64,000 bases of DNA. Origin: a virus. The stretch spans positions 32,001-96,000 of IMG/VR virus record IMGVR_UViG_3300010354_000047, one strand, 5' to 3'. Both the position numbers and the translations under genes were made by a program. The notes under the pieces were generated by a model. It had not been told where the DNA came from, did no database searches, and saw only the letters and a list, made by a program, of their open reading frames with translations. Within the stretch, counting starts at the first letter, position 1. Every line of letters begins with the position of its first letter. Shown piece after piece: positions 9,347 through 18,906 of the stretch.

Positions 9347-9720
9347 CAGCTCCTTATACACCTTCTCCATCTATTCGCGGATTGTCATACCCTCTTCGAA
9401 TTGAAAACGGCAATCTTGCGACCAGCAGCGATTACCAATCAAAGCAAGAAGAGATTCGAAGTGTGGTCGAAACGAGATTCTATGAGAGGGTTATGCGGGC
9501 TGACTATGGGGTAGGAGACCACACCCTTGAAGTGATAAACCCTGGGCAAATAAACTCAGAGTTTCAAAAGTCTATTCAGACTCATGTCGAAGGTTTAAGT
9601 TCTCTTGTTGTAAAAGGGGATTGGTTGACTGGAGGGGAAGAGGGAATATACCGTGTTTCGATCATCTACTCGGTTAACGGAATTCCTCAGCCTCCTCTCA
9701 ATTTCAGTCTCGCTAACTGA
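9343..9720 (+). CDS. baseplate wedge subunit (T4 gp25 / P2 gpW-like)
   Basis: GLSYPL...IRSVVETRFYERVMRADYG motif. Confidence 0.85.
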   Translation: MTAPYTPSPSIRGLSYPLRIENGNLATSSDYQSKQEEIRSVVETRFYERVMRADYGVGDHTLEVINPGQINSEFQKSIQTHVEGLSSLVVKGDWLTGGEEGIYRVSIIYSVNGIPQPPLNFSLAN

Positions 9721-9726
9721 GTACCA

Positions 9727-9733
9727 GGGTAAA
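9727..9733 (+). promoter_or_regulatory. putative late promoter GGGTAAA upstream of portal
   Basis: Intergenic copy of the recurrent motif. Confidence 0.6.
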
Positions 9734-9825
9734 ACTTTCCATGACTGTGCTCCACTCTTTCAGTTTCGGAAACGATTTACTTTGGTAACATGAAACTATG
9801 TTTAAAAATGGCTGGGGAAAACTAA

Positions 9826-11394
9826 GTGGCACAAAGATTTAAGGTAGCACCTGTCCCCCAGGGAGAAGTTAGCCGTTATACTTCTAATCCATATGCCCTG
9901 AGCAGCATTTACATGTTTGGCTCCAGTTCCCCGTTTACGGGTTCTGGAAACAGCATTGTAAGACCGAGTGACGACCTTCTCATTCAGAAAGGCGGAAATA
10001 GAGCCCTCTCTGTATACCAAAGGTTGCTAAATGATGAGCAGGTTCAGAGCTGCTTCTCTAAATTAACCCAGGAGATCACTGCGAGACCCTGGTATGTTCA
10101 GGAATTTAGCGGAAAACCAGGAGACCTTGCGATTCGTGACTTTGTAGCTGAGACTCTTGAAGACTTGGGAATTGACGATCTATACAAAGGTTTGGCAGAG
10201 GCTTTAATCGTCGGCTACAGCGTTAGCGAGGTTATGTGGAAAAAGTCCAAGCGCGGAGTTATCCCCTACGACATTCGCATGAGGGACCAAAGAAGATTCA
10301 TCTTTCAGGAGTCTGAAGATTCTCAAACAGGTTTCACAATGCGCTGCCTAACCTTCAATCGCATGTTTGAGGGTATTGAGTTACCGGCGAGAAAGTTCAT
10401 TGTGAATCGCTACTGGACCCAACACAACGGGGACCCCTACGGAACGGCAATGGGAAGAATTCTGTACCCGTTGGTTAAGTTTCGCAGAAGAGCGCTTGAG
10501 TCTTACGTTTTGTACGGAGACCGTTACGCTACCCCGACAGTTGTTGCAACGGCGCCATTGAGTGCTTCAACAGCAGAAGTGGACTCCATTTACGAAAGAA
10601 TTACCAACTTATCCCAAGAGACGGGATTCATTTTGCCAGACGGATTCAAGCTCGACTTTATCAATCCTTCAGGAACCCCGGACGTTTTCAAGGGTTTAAT
10701 TGACTACCTAGATAAGGAAATCAGTTTACTTTTGTGCGGTGAAAATGAAGCCGGACAAGCTGAGTCCGGTTCTCGAGCTTCTTCCCAAGTCGCTAACGTA
10801 GTCCGAATTGTTAAAGCTTCAGAAATCTCCGAAGCTATTTCCCACCTACTTACGAGGACTCTGGTCCGTTGGATTGTCGATCTAAACTTTGGAATCGACG
10901 TGGCTGCTCCGACCTTGACTCGAGAATTCCGAATCGAAGAGTCTAACCTCACAGCTTCGGACCTGTCAATGCTCGATCAGTTGGGCTTCAAGCCGAGAAG
11001 AGAGTGGGTGGAGAGGCACTTCAGAATCGAACTCGAGAATGAAGTGGGATTTAACACCACAGAGGAAAGCCCTGAGGAAAACGAAAGCTACAATCCTGAG
11101 GAAGACCTTTACGCTTCCATTTTCGGAGATGAGGCCCCTTCAGAGGAGTTCCCGGAGGAAGAAGGTACTTCTTTGGAAGAAACTCCGGAGGAGTTTCCGG
11201 AAGAGCAAACCGCCGAGGAAGAAACTCCAGAGGGAGACGATGAAGATCTATTCGACTCCGTATTCGGTGATGTTGAAGATTCAGAGGAGGATGTTCCCGA
11301 GGTGGATGCTCCCGAGGAAGAGACCCCCGAAGTGGAGAACCCTGCAGAAAAAAGTGACGATAAGAAAGCCAGTAAGGGTAAAAATAAGTTATGA
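9826..11394 (+). CDS. portal protein (Mu gp29 / DUF935-like) with acidic C-terminal tail
   Basis: YQRLLNDEQV, ALIVGYSVSEVMW, RDQRRF, LPARKFIV, DPYGTAMGRILY, YLDKEISLLLCGE. Confidence 0.88.
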   Translation: MAQRFKVAPVPQGEVSRYTSNPYALSSIYMFGSSSPFTGSGNSIVRPSDDLLIQKGGNRALSVYQRLLNDEQVQSCFSKLTQEITARPWYVQEFSGKPGDLAIRDFVAETLEDLGIDDLYKGLAEALIVGYSVSEVMWKKSKRGVIPYDIRMRDQRRFIFQESEDSQTGFTMRCLTFNRMFEGIELPARKFIVNRYWTQHNGDPYGTAMGRILYPLVKFRRRALESYVLYGDRYATPTVVATAPLSASTAEVDSIYERITNLSQETGFILPDGFKLDFINPSGTPDVFKGLIDYLDKEISLLLCGENEAGQAESGSRASSQVANVVRIVKASEISEAISHLLTRTLVRWIVDLNFGIDVAAPTLTREFRIEESNLTASDLSMLDQLGFKPRREWVERHFRIELENEVGFNTTEESPEENESYNPEEDLYASIFGDEAPSEEFPEEEGTSLEETPEEFPEEQTAEEETPEGDDEDLFDSVFGDVEDSEEDVPEVDAPEEETPEVENPAEKSDDKKASKGKNKL

Positions 11395-13979
11395 GTACTC
11401 CCAGTAACAAAGTGTTTACAAAACGTGTTCATATTTTTAAGGCAGGTCCTCAAATCTCTGCTCAAGGGGTAGAAAGAGAGTTCACTCCAGAAGACCTCCA
11501 ACAGGTTGTAGATTCTTACGACCCTAAAACCCACGAAGCTCCTTTAGTGATTGGGCATTCGGGGGATAATGATAGCGCACCATCTTTTGGATGGGTGAAG
11601 AAGTTTGTTCGGAAAGGTGAGGACCTTTACGCGGACGTCGATTTCACCGATGCAGCTAAAGATTTGGTGAAAGACGGCCACTACAGAAAAGTGTCTGTTT
11701 CATTTTATTCCCCTGAATCCCCTGTTAATCCTCATCAAGGCCACTGGAGTGCTCGTCACCTGGCCCTGTTAGGTGCTGCTCCACCCTCTGTAAAAGGTCT
11801 TGAAGCCTTCTCTTTCTCTGAGAAAGGAGTCTATGATTTTGCTACTACTTCTTCGATTGGTGAGATCTTTGACGAAGAACTCGGACCGACTCTTCTAATT
11901 GAGAGAAGCCCCTTAGAAATCTTGAAGGAAAAACTGCAAGAGGTCCGAGGGGACATGGACAACTCTCTCAAGGAACTAGAGGAAAACCAAGAAAATCAAT
12001 CCCAAGCAACTGCGGATGAAACAAGTCAACAATCAGCGGACGAAAAAACCGCACCCGAAAACCCTGCTCAACAATTTTCCGAAATGAAAAAGAAATTAGG
12101 GCGCGAAGGGGCCGAAGCCTCTGACTCCGCTCAGTCAATCGCAGACCTGGAAACTGAATTCCCAGAAGAAAAGTTTGAAGAAGGCGTCTCTCGCCGTGTG
12201 CGAAAGGGGGCCAACGGTCAAAAAGTTCAAGTCGTCGAACAAGTCTTCGAAGAAGACGATGAGATGTCTGAAGACCACAAAGAAATCCCCGAAGCCTTCA
12301 AAAAGAACATCGAAAAGATGAAGGCTAAAGCGAAAGGTGGACACAAAGCCGAAGCCGAAATGGAAGACGCAGACCACGGTGAACTTCCGCCAGCTCTTCG
12401 AAAGAACATGGAGAAGATGAAGGCAAAGAAGAAGATGCATGCGGAAGAGGAAGATGAGTCGGACGGAGAGTTCGCGGAAGTTTCCCACAAGACCGTGAGT
12501 AATCACAAACCTTCTTTCGGAAAGCATGCTCAAAAAGACGAAGAAGACCCAGCCGGACGTGGTAAAACTGGGCGTTCGACAAGCGACAGCTACGCTAATC
12601 GTCAGGCGGTTGGTGAGAGCGGAGAAGAAGATCGTGATACGATTGCCAAAAATGGCGAAGAAGACCTAGATCGTGTTCGAACTGCTAAAAGTGCTGAGGA
12701 AGACGCAGACCGCCTTAACACCGGTAAAGACTCCGAAGGTGACGACGACAGCGATGGCCGTTGGGCTGACCAGCCTGAAGGCAAGAGCCGCGCTCACAAC
12801 ATGGATCAATACGACGACGGAGAAGAAGGTCTTCCTCAAAGGAACAAACCCGGAGTCTCCGACGGAGATGAGCCAAGAGGTAGGGACGGAGGTCCAACTT
12901 CTTTCACGAGAAAGGTTGAAGAAGACCCTGATTCTGAGGACATTACGGTTCAACTCGAAAGCACAAAAGGAAACAAGGTTTCCCGAGTTCTTCACACGGC
13001 GTCTGGAGAAAAGAGGGCTCCTTTAAAGGGTGGCTCGATCTCCGACCATAGCGAAGAGTCTGACGGAGTCACAAGGAAGGCCAAAGAGGCAGCAATCTCT
13101 TCTGGTTCTGAGCCTCGCGGTCGGGATGATGGTCCAACCGAGTTCCCGGTTCGTTCCGAAGAAGACCCTGACGATATGGAACTGGCTGTCGATGTGGAAA
13201 GCATCGTTGACAATCCAAAAGTTCGAGTACTTCGCCAGAAGTCTGGAGATAAGGCGTCCGTTGACCACTCTGAAGAAGATATCTTAACCGATGACGACAT
13301 CGATGGGCTGATTGAGTCCATTCTTCAAGAGGTTTCCGAAGAAGACTTCGGTGAGAAAATGCCTTACACTAAGACGGGACTCGGTTCCACATATGGTTCC
13401 CGTAAGGCTAAACTCAAGTCCGAGGAAATGGATGAGGATGAGTACGAGGATGAAGAAGATGAGGAGGAGGATGAGGACGAAGAGTTCGCTGAAACTGAGT
13501 CCTTCTGCGGAACTGGTTCGATGGGCCAGTCTCGTTCCAAGGTCTATCCAGTGATGTTCGATGAGTTTCGCAAGCAACTCCACTCCCTTAAGAAGGAGAA
13601 TGAGAAACTCAGGAAGGAATACAAAGAGCACAAGGTTCGCAGCCGCAAAGAAAAAATTGCTGAGCAGGTGAACCAGTTGTATACCGAAGGTAAGATCACT
13701 GATGGTATTATTCCGCAAAGAGAGTTGCAGAACTACTGCGAAGGTCTCGAGTTCGGTACTCTCGAATTCTCCGAAGGGGAAACTCCTGCGTCCAAGCTGC
13801 TTCAACTCTTGGATCGCCTTCCGAACATGGTTTATTTCGGTGAAGTTGTTCAAGATGGCGTCTTTCAGGAAGATGACTTCGATCTAGATCCCCACACAAA
13901 AGCTCTCCGAATGGTTGAGAGCGGAGAGTGCTCAGACTACGTAGAAGCCATCAAACGCTGCATCGACTGGGGTTATTGA
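11391..13979 (+). CDS. prohead protease (Mu gpI-like) fused to long acidic scaffold region
   Basis: HEAPLVIGH, FGWVK, LYADVD, YRKVSVSFY, RHLALLGAAPPSVKGL, plus a C-terminal coiled coil. The start could be GTG 11412 based on spacing from GGGTAAA at 11376. Confidence 0.88.
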   Translation: MSTPSNKVFTKRVHIFKAGPQISAQGVEREFTPEDLQQVVDSYDPKTHEAPLVIGHSGDNDSAPSFGWVKKFVRKGEDLYADVDFTDAAKDLVKDGHYRKVSVSFYSPESPVNPHQGHWSARHLALLGAAPPSVKGLEAFSFSEKGVYDFATTSSIGEIFDEELGPTLLIERSPLEILKEKLQEVRGDMDNSLKELEENQENQSQATADETSQQSADEKTAPENPAQQFSEMKKKLGREGAEASDSAQSIADLETEFPEEKFEEGVSRRVRKGANGQKVQVVEQVFEEDDEMSEDHKEIPEAFKKNIEKMKAKAKGGHKAEAEMEDADHGELPPALRKNMEKMKAKKKMHAEEEDESDGEFAEVSHKTVSNHKPSFGKHAQKDEEDPAGRGKTGRSTSDSYANRQAVGESGEEDRDTIAKNGEEDLDRVRTAKSAEEDADRLNTGKDSEGDDDSDGRWADQPEGKSRAHNMDQYDDGEEGLPQRNKPGVSDGDEPRGRDGGPTSFTRKVEEDPDSEDITVQLESTKGNKVSRVLHTASGEKRAPLKGGSISDHSEESDGVTRKAKEAAISSGSEPRGRDDGPTEFPVRSEEDPDDMELAVDVESIVDNPKVRVLRQKSGDKASVDHSEEDILTDDDIDGLIESILQEVSEEDFGEKMPYTKTGLGSTYGSRKAKLKSEEMDEDEYEDEEDEEEDEDEEFAETESFCGTGSMGQSRSKVYPVMFDEFRKQLHSLKKENEKLRKEYKEHKVRSRKEKIAEQVNQLYTEGKITDGIIPQRELQNYCEGLEFGTLEFSEGETPASKLLQLLDRLPNMVYFGEVVQDGVFQEDDFDLDPHTKALRMVESGECSDYVEAIKRCIDWGY

Positions 13980-14002
13980 GCGAGAACCCCTAGGGGAAGA
14001 TT

Positions 14003-14695
14003 ATGGACCTGCTAACTTTGGTAGGCCAAGTGACTAAAAAGAGAGGGGAATACTTCACTCAAGCGAAAAACTTGGCTCTGAAAGTAAAGACACTTGAAAA
14101 ACTCGAAGAGGTTATGAACTCTCGAGCGAAAACAATTGTGAAAGCCTTTCATGGTAAGGAAATTCGTTGGGAGGAGTATTTCCGATCTATAGTCGATGAG
14201 ACGATCACTTCTGCTCTCGCCTCAGTGTACCTTGGCGCAGGATCCTCTTCCCCTGAAAAAAAGCTCGAGCGAGCTTGGCCCGTGGTGACGGGAAAAATGC
14301 TTCCCCCACTTGTGGACTTTCTGAACCAGACAGAACAAGCCCTACAAAACGGGTCACTATTGGTCGGAGATACCACTGTGGAATTTCAAGAGCTTTTCGA
14401 GGAATCCCCTCAGGACTTTCTCGAGGGTTCTTTAATCTCTTGGCCAAGGGTTCTATCTCGTGTAGTTCGCTACCTTGCAAATCCCAGCTACTCTTTCTTT
14501 AGTCTCGGCGACTATTACGTTCGCCGAGAACAAGGCTACAAACAAATGAGGCGAGTTCCTGTTCAAGACAGGAGAACTTGCCCTGACTGCACTCGTTTTG
14601 GCAGATTGGGTTGGCAAACGATAGGAACTCTTCCGATGCCGGGCCAAGATTGCCGTTGCTACGATCAATGTCGCTGCCGAATCGAATATCGCTAG
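14003..14695 (+). CDS. putative head morphogenesis protein (MuF / SPP1 gp7-like)
   Basis: C-terminal DRRTCPDC...PGQDCRCYDQCRCRIEY; located in the head module. Confidence 0.6.
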   Translation: MDLLTLVGQVTKKRGEYFTQAKNLALKVKTLEKLEEVMNSRAKTIVKAFHGKEIRWEEYFRSIVDETITSALASVYLGAGSSSPEKKLERAWPVVTGKMLPPLVDFLNQTEQALQNGSLLVGDTTVEFQELFEESPQDFLEGSLISWPRVLSRVVRYLANPSYSFFSLGDYYVRREQGYKQMRRVPVQDRRTCPDCTRFGRLGWQTIGTLPMPGQDCRCYDQCRCRIEYR

Positions 14696-14701
14696 TCCAC
14701 A

Positions 14702-14708
14702 GGGTAAA
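14702..14708 (+). promoter_or_regulatory. putative late promoter GGGTAAA
   Basis: Intergenic, upstream of the head decoration gene. Confidence 0.6.
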
Positions 14709-14780
14709 ACCTTTCAACTTAACTCGGTAAAAAACAAGTCCGAGAGCAAACAACTTTTGAAGTCCTTCACACATACTAAC

Positions 14781-15254
14781 ATGTCCCTTAATATCGCACC
14801 CGTTTACGGTAAGCAGTTTATCCGCTACGCGGAAACCTGGGAAGCCGCAACCGACAACGAAGACGGTGATGTAGGAGTCGTTGAGATTCCTGAATTCGCC
14901 GTTGTTGCTTACGCAACCTACGCTGGCTCCAACAAAGTTTGCGCCCCTGGCGACCTCGATACTTTTGAAGGCGCTGTTGTTGGTGTAAACCAGGCTTACA
15001 TTCCGACCTCCTTGGCTCAGCCTTACACCGCTCGCCAAGCTTCCATTGCTACCAGCGGTTCCTTGATCGTTGAAGTCAGCGCCGATACCGTCGCTTCTTT
15101 CGCTCTCAACACACAACTCGCTGTTGGCCCGAACGGAAAGGCCCTCCCCGCCGCTGATGGTGGAATCGAGGTTACCGTTGACGGAACTACTCCTCTCATT
15201 CGTGAGATTGTTGAGATCGGTGGTCGCACCATCCTGATCGTTTCCTTCAACTGA
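14781..15254 (+). CDS. head decoration / capsid cement protein
   Basis: Small beta-rich protein just upstream of the capsid gene (VVGVNQ, IATSGSLIVEV, LAVGPNGKA). ATG 14781 is preferred over TTG 14757. Confidence 0.7.
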   Translation: MSLNIAPVYGKQFIRYAETWEAATDNEDGDVGVVEIPEFAVVAYATYAGSNKVCAPGDLDTFEGAVVGVNQAYIPTSLAQPYTARQASIATSGSLIVEVSADTVASFALNTQLAVGPNGKALPAADGGIEVTVDGTTPLIREIVEIGGRTILIVSFN

Positions 15255-15277
15255 GCCTCTTCAGTTTTTCTCTCCCG

Positions 15278-15304
15278 AGAGCTTCGAAAGGGGCTCTTTT
15301 TTTT
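15278..15304 (+). terminator. rho-independent terminator
   Basis: AGAGCTTC-GAAA-GGGGCTCT hairpin followed by a T run. Confidence 0.8.
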
Positions 15305-15322
15305 GTGCGGCGGGGAAAAGTG

Positions 15323-15329
15323 GGGTATA
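15323..15329 (+). promoter_or_regulatory. putative late promoter variant GGGTATA upstream of major capsid gene
   Basis: Lies directly after a terminator and before capsid exon 1. Confidence 0.55.
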
Positions 15330-15420
15330 ACTTGGTAGCTTGCGAGTCGAATCTTTTCGAACGCAGGCCGAATTGCGAAAGCAATTCTTGAAGTCAACCT
15401 AGAAAAGGAAATCATTAATT

Positions 15421-15456
15421 ATGATGAATCTTCAACAAACCTACGCTGGCGTGGAT
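15421..15456 (+). CDS. major capsid protein, exon 1 (MMNLQQTYAGVD)
   Basis: AAGGA lies upstream. The exon ends in U at a group I 5' splice site. Splicing gives VD|PILT, a typical N-terminal capsid motif. Confidence 0.85.
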
Positions 15457-16408
15457 TAAAAAGGTCCCTTTCTTCAGTAATGAAGATCGAAAACTGGGTG
15501 AATTGCTGAAACGCTGAGATGCCAATCAGCAGCCAAGTTTACTTCGGGTCCCTACCGTTAAGATAGGGTGAAGTAAAAAGGTTCAACGACTAGGAGATGA
15601 CTGACCCAAGAATAAATCTCCCACGAGTGCCCAGCTCCATGGATTATTTTCCTTCATTGAAGACCTTCTCCCGAACAGAAGATCGAAACCCGACTTTTAC
15701 TCGGAAAGACACCACATTATACCGAAATGTGTTGGGGGCTCCGATGAAGAAGAAAACCTCATTTACCTCACACCTTCAGAGCACCTGATCGCTCACCAGC
15801 TTCTGGTTAAAACCTTCCCGGAACATTCAAAGCTCAAATCCGCACTGTGGATTATGAGTCACAAGAACGGAAAAAGTTTAACCCCAAAGGAATACGAAGA
15901 ACTTAGGCTTTTATGCTCAGAAACCCTTTCCACTCGGAGAAAGGGGGGTACTTCTCAAGAGACGAAAGATAAGATTAGTAAGATTCACAAAGGTAAGACG
16001 ATTTCAAAAGAGCACAAATTGGCAAACAGCTCGGCTGTCAGAAATTATCTTTTGAATACACCGGAAGGGAGAAGCCAAGCCCAAAGAGGAGGAAAGACTA
16101 CTGGAAAACTCCCTTGGTGGAATAAAGACGGAATTACTAGACGATCTTACGAGTCACCAGGGGAAGGTCGGGTGAGGGGCAGAGGCAAGGGAATTAGCCC
16201 TGCAATGGCCGAAGCGGGATCAAAGAACAAAGGAAAAGTTTACTGGTCCCGAGTTAATTCTTCAGGTGAAATAGAGAGGAGGCGAAGTTTCTCCCCTCCT
16301 TCCGAAGAGTGGACTAGAGGTTATAATCCGGGATGATGATATAGTCTGAACTTTTCAGAATCCAATGAAAAGAGTTAAGGGATAAAAAGCCCTTAAGATA
16401 ACAATTTG
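15457..16408 (+). mobile_element. group I intron 1 in major capsid gene
   Basis: P1: exon GGAU pairs with GUCC (15464-15467), with U.G at the splice site. Core elements GGGTGAATTGCTG, AATCAGCAGCCAAG, GGTTCAACGACTAG and GATATAGTCTG are present. The terminal G is at 16408. Confidence 0.9.
15639..16336 (+). CDS. intron-encoded HNH homing endonuclease with NUMOD3-like motif (apparent frameshift near 15647-15650)
   Basis: The frame of the 15854 ORF extends upstream as SERHHIIPKCVGGSDEEENLIYLTPSEHLIAHQLL. ATG 15639 is one base out of frame at a T run. SQETKDKISKIHKGK is NUMOD3-like. Confidence 0.8.
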
Positions 16409-17267
16409 CCTATCCTCACAACGCTAGCACAAGGTTTCATGCTCCCGTCTACAAACATCGCAAACTTTATTGCGCCTGTTGTAGACACTCCTACCCGTGC
16501 AGGACGTATTCTGCGCTTTGGTAAGGAACAATTCGCAATCAACGACTTCCGTCGTGCCTATGGAACCAACATTCCCTACGTTCAGAGCCGTTACGACTCT
16601 GAGCCCTACGCCCTCGAACAAGAGGTCGTGGCTTGGGAACTTCCAGAAGAAGTGATCGAGAACGCTGGGGAAGGTCCTGCACAAGTCGACCTCCGGGCGA
16701 TTGAAACAAGGAACGCAATGTCGAGAATCATGAACTCTTATGAGTATACTGTTTCTCAGGCCGTTAGCGTTACTGGTTCCTACAACCCCTATGAGCCCTG
16801 GAACACCGTTCCCGGTTCTCAAACTGGCCTCGGCTTCGAAACCTGGACAGATTTCAACACCGCCTATGCAGCCGCTTCCGGTCCTGCTGCGTGGTCCGCT
16901 CTTTCTTCGAACCCCATCGAAGACGTGAAGACCCTTAAGCGTTCCGTTGCTAACCAGATCGGTATTCGTCCGAACTCTGCCGTTCTTGGAACTGCAGTTT
17001 TTGACCTGTTGCTGACCAACCAGGCGATCCTTGAGCGTATCAAGTACACCAGCGCTGACAGCATCGACACTGACGTCATTGCTCGCTACTTCGGTCTCGA
17101 GCGTGGTGTTCGCGTTGCAGAAGGTCGTTACTTGGCACAAGACGGAACCCTCCAACCGGTATTCCCGGCTAACGGAATCCTCCTGTTCTACAGCCCGAGT
17201 GGTCCTTCTGATTCCATCATGCCTGCTGGTGGTGCTAACGCCGCAACTCCGGCTTTTGCCTACACGT
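16409..17267 (+). CDS. major capsid protein, exon 2
   Basis: PILTTLAQGF..IANFIAPVV..GRILRFGKEQF..IGIRPNSAVLG..ILERIKYT..PAFAYT. Confidence 0.9.
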
Positions 17268-18177
17268 ATGTTAATAACATCGTTCCATTCAAGCGAGTTA
17301 GATGCGTGGTTTGACGGTAACGTCAAATTACCTGCCTGATCAGCAGGTCAATGGGGTGAATTGCTGGGACACCTGACGGTTTCAGAAATGAAATACAAGG
17401 TAATCAGCAGCCAAGTTTACTTCGTCGAATCAGGACTAAACTGATTGAAGTAAAAAGGTTCAACGACTAGACGATGAGTTTCGACAACAATAACTCGTCC
17501 ACGAGTGCCCCACTCCTTAAATGCTTTTACCGAAACAAGTACGAAAGATGCTACTGGGAACTAATCTCAGTAACACCTTCCGAGAAACCAAGAACCTTTA
17601 AAACTGAAGAGCACCACATAATCCCTAAGTGCTTAGGGGGACATCCTCGGGAAAAGAGCAACCTTAGCTACCCAACTCCGAGACAACATTTCGTTTTACA
17701 TCGATTGTTGAATAAGATGTTTCCAGATCACGAAGGACTTTTCTACGCTATATTCCGAATGAGCTGTTCGGGAAATAGCAGAGTTTACTCCCACTTAAAG
17801 TTGAACTATGTTCGATCAAGTGAGCATAACCAAAGAATCTCTGAATCTCTACGAGGACAGAGGTTGACGGAAACTCGGAAGAAAAAAAAATCCCGTGCTA
17901 GACTCGCCTCCCCAAATACCTTAAGCGGTGAAGATCACCCCAACTCTAACAAAGACTTAGAAAGTCGAAAAGAAGAGATAAGAAGTGTCTGGTTGGAAAA
18001 TGGCAAACCGGGAGACGTAAAACTAGGCCAATTTCTTGGCTTAGGAACAGGAAAGAAAGGTTACAGGTGTAAAACTCTTCAAAGGTTCATAAAAGAATTT
18101 AAGGATGAAGATATAGTCTGAACTCCGTAAAAATACGGAGAAGTGAAGGATAAAGAGCCTTCGCGTTAACAAATTTG
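17268..18177 (+). mobile_element. group I intron 2 in major capsid gene
   Basis: P1: exon CACGU pairs with GCGUG (17304-17308). The same core elements as intron 1 are present (GGGTGAATTGCTGG, AATCAGCAGCCAAG, GGTTCAACGACTAG, AAGATATAGTCTG). It ends AAATTTG at 18177. Confidence 0.9.
17474..18121 (+). CDS. intron-encoded HNH homing endonuclease
   Basis: EEHHIIPKCLGG...NLSYPTPRQHFVLHRLL; SEHNQRISESLRG is NUMOD3-like; the stop overlaps the intron core. Confidence 0.85.
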   Translation: MSFDNNNSSTSAPLLKCFYRNKYERCYWELISVTPSEKPRTFKTEEHHIIPKCLGGHPREKSNLSYPTPRQHFVLHRLLNKMFPDHEGLFYAIFRMSCSGNSRVYSHLKLNYVRSSEHNQRISESLRGQRLTETRKKKKSRARLASPNTLSGEDHPNSNKDLESRKEEIRSVWLENGKPGDVKLGQFLGLGTGKKGYRCKTLQRFIKEFKDEDIV

Positions 18178-18338
18178 ATCAACTCACCGGAACACCCGCT
18201 GTCCGCCCTGAGTACTACATCCGTGAGCGTCGCGTTGTCCGCGCAGAAATCACTATCGAGCGTGTGATCAACCTGGTCGGCCTTGGTGCAACTGGTCTTA
18301 TCGGTTCTGGCGCTATGATCACCGACATCCTGTCCTGA
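18178..18338 (+). CDS. major capsid protein, exon 3
   Basis: T|AT CAA restores AYTYQLTGTPAVRPEYYIRERRVVRAEITIERVINLVGLGATGLIGSGAMITDILS*. Exons total 36+859+161=1056 nt (351 aa). Confidence 0.88.
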
Positions 18339-18365
18339 TCGGATAGGAACTAAGGAGGTGCTCAA

Positions 18366-18809
18366 ATGGCTATTCTCAGACCCATTACTAAGGCCCAGTA
18401 CGAAGTTTCTTTCGTCGCGCCAGATGGACCAACCCTGATTGCTACCTTCACGAAGTTCTCAGGAATCAAAGATTCCTCAGACAGCAGTGAATACGCCAAC
18501 GGAACTGGAAACCGTATTTACCATGTTGTCGGCCCAAGAAAAGCTGATAACATCACTCTTACTGCCCCCTACGATCCAACGATCTTCAAGCAGCTTGAGG
18601 TTTACTGGCTCCAGTACAATTGTCGTGAAATCACAGTTACCGTCACTCCAAAAGACTGCGTTGGAAACGGCTCCGCCCCTGCTGGTGGACAATACACATG
18701 CTACGGCTGTCAATTTGTCTCACTCAACACGGCTGAAGCCGACCGCGAAAGCGGCGACGTTCAAGAGATCGAAATCGAACTAACGGTTAACTCTTGGGAT
18801 CGTACCTGA
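18366..18809 (+). CDS. tail tube protein (T4 gp19-like)
   Basis: Strong AAGGAGGT RBS; FTKFSGI..EYANG..GPRKADNITL..VQEIEIELTV. Confidence 0.8.
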   Translation: MAILRPITKAQYEVSFVAPDGPTLIATFTKFSGIKDSSDSSEYANGTGNRIYHVVGPRKADNITLTAPYDPTIFKQLEVYWLQYNCREITVTVTPKDCVGNGSAPAGGQYTCYGCQFVSLNTAEADRESGDVQEIEIELTVNSWDRT

Positions 18810-18831
18810 TTCAGTTTTTCATAGTTTTTTC

Positions 18832-18856
18832 GCCCCGACCCGTTCGGGGCTTTTTA
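18832..18856 (+). terminator. rho-independent terminator
   Basis: GCCCCGA-CCCGT-TCGGGGC followed by TTTTT. Confidence 0.8.
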
Positions 18857-18868
18857 TTACCAATCCAA

Positions 18869-18875
18869 GGGTAAA
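18869..18875 (+). promoter_or_regulatory. putative late promoter GGGTAAA
   Basis: Immediately downstream of a terminator, 38 nt before ATG 18907. Confidence 0.65.
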
Positions 18876-18906
18876 ACTAGATGAATCACGGTTAGTACTC
18901 TTATAG

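Noticed and set aside
16406-17314. Listed 302-aa ORF as the complete capsid protein
   Set aside because: Its TTG start and VNNIVPFKRVRCVV tail are intron sequence; the true CDS is spliced
16424-17326. 300-aa minus-strand ORF and similar antisense ORFs (e.g. 14499-15116, 42567-43205, 45267-46007)
   Set aside because: Shadow frames of codon-biased plus-strand genes, with no recognisable motifs
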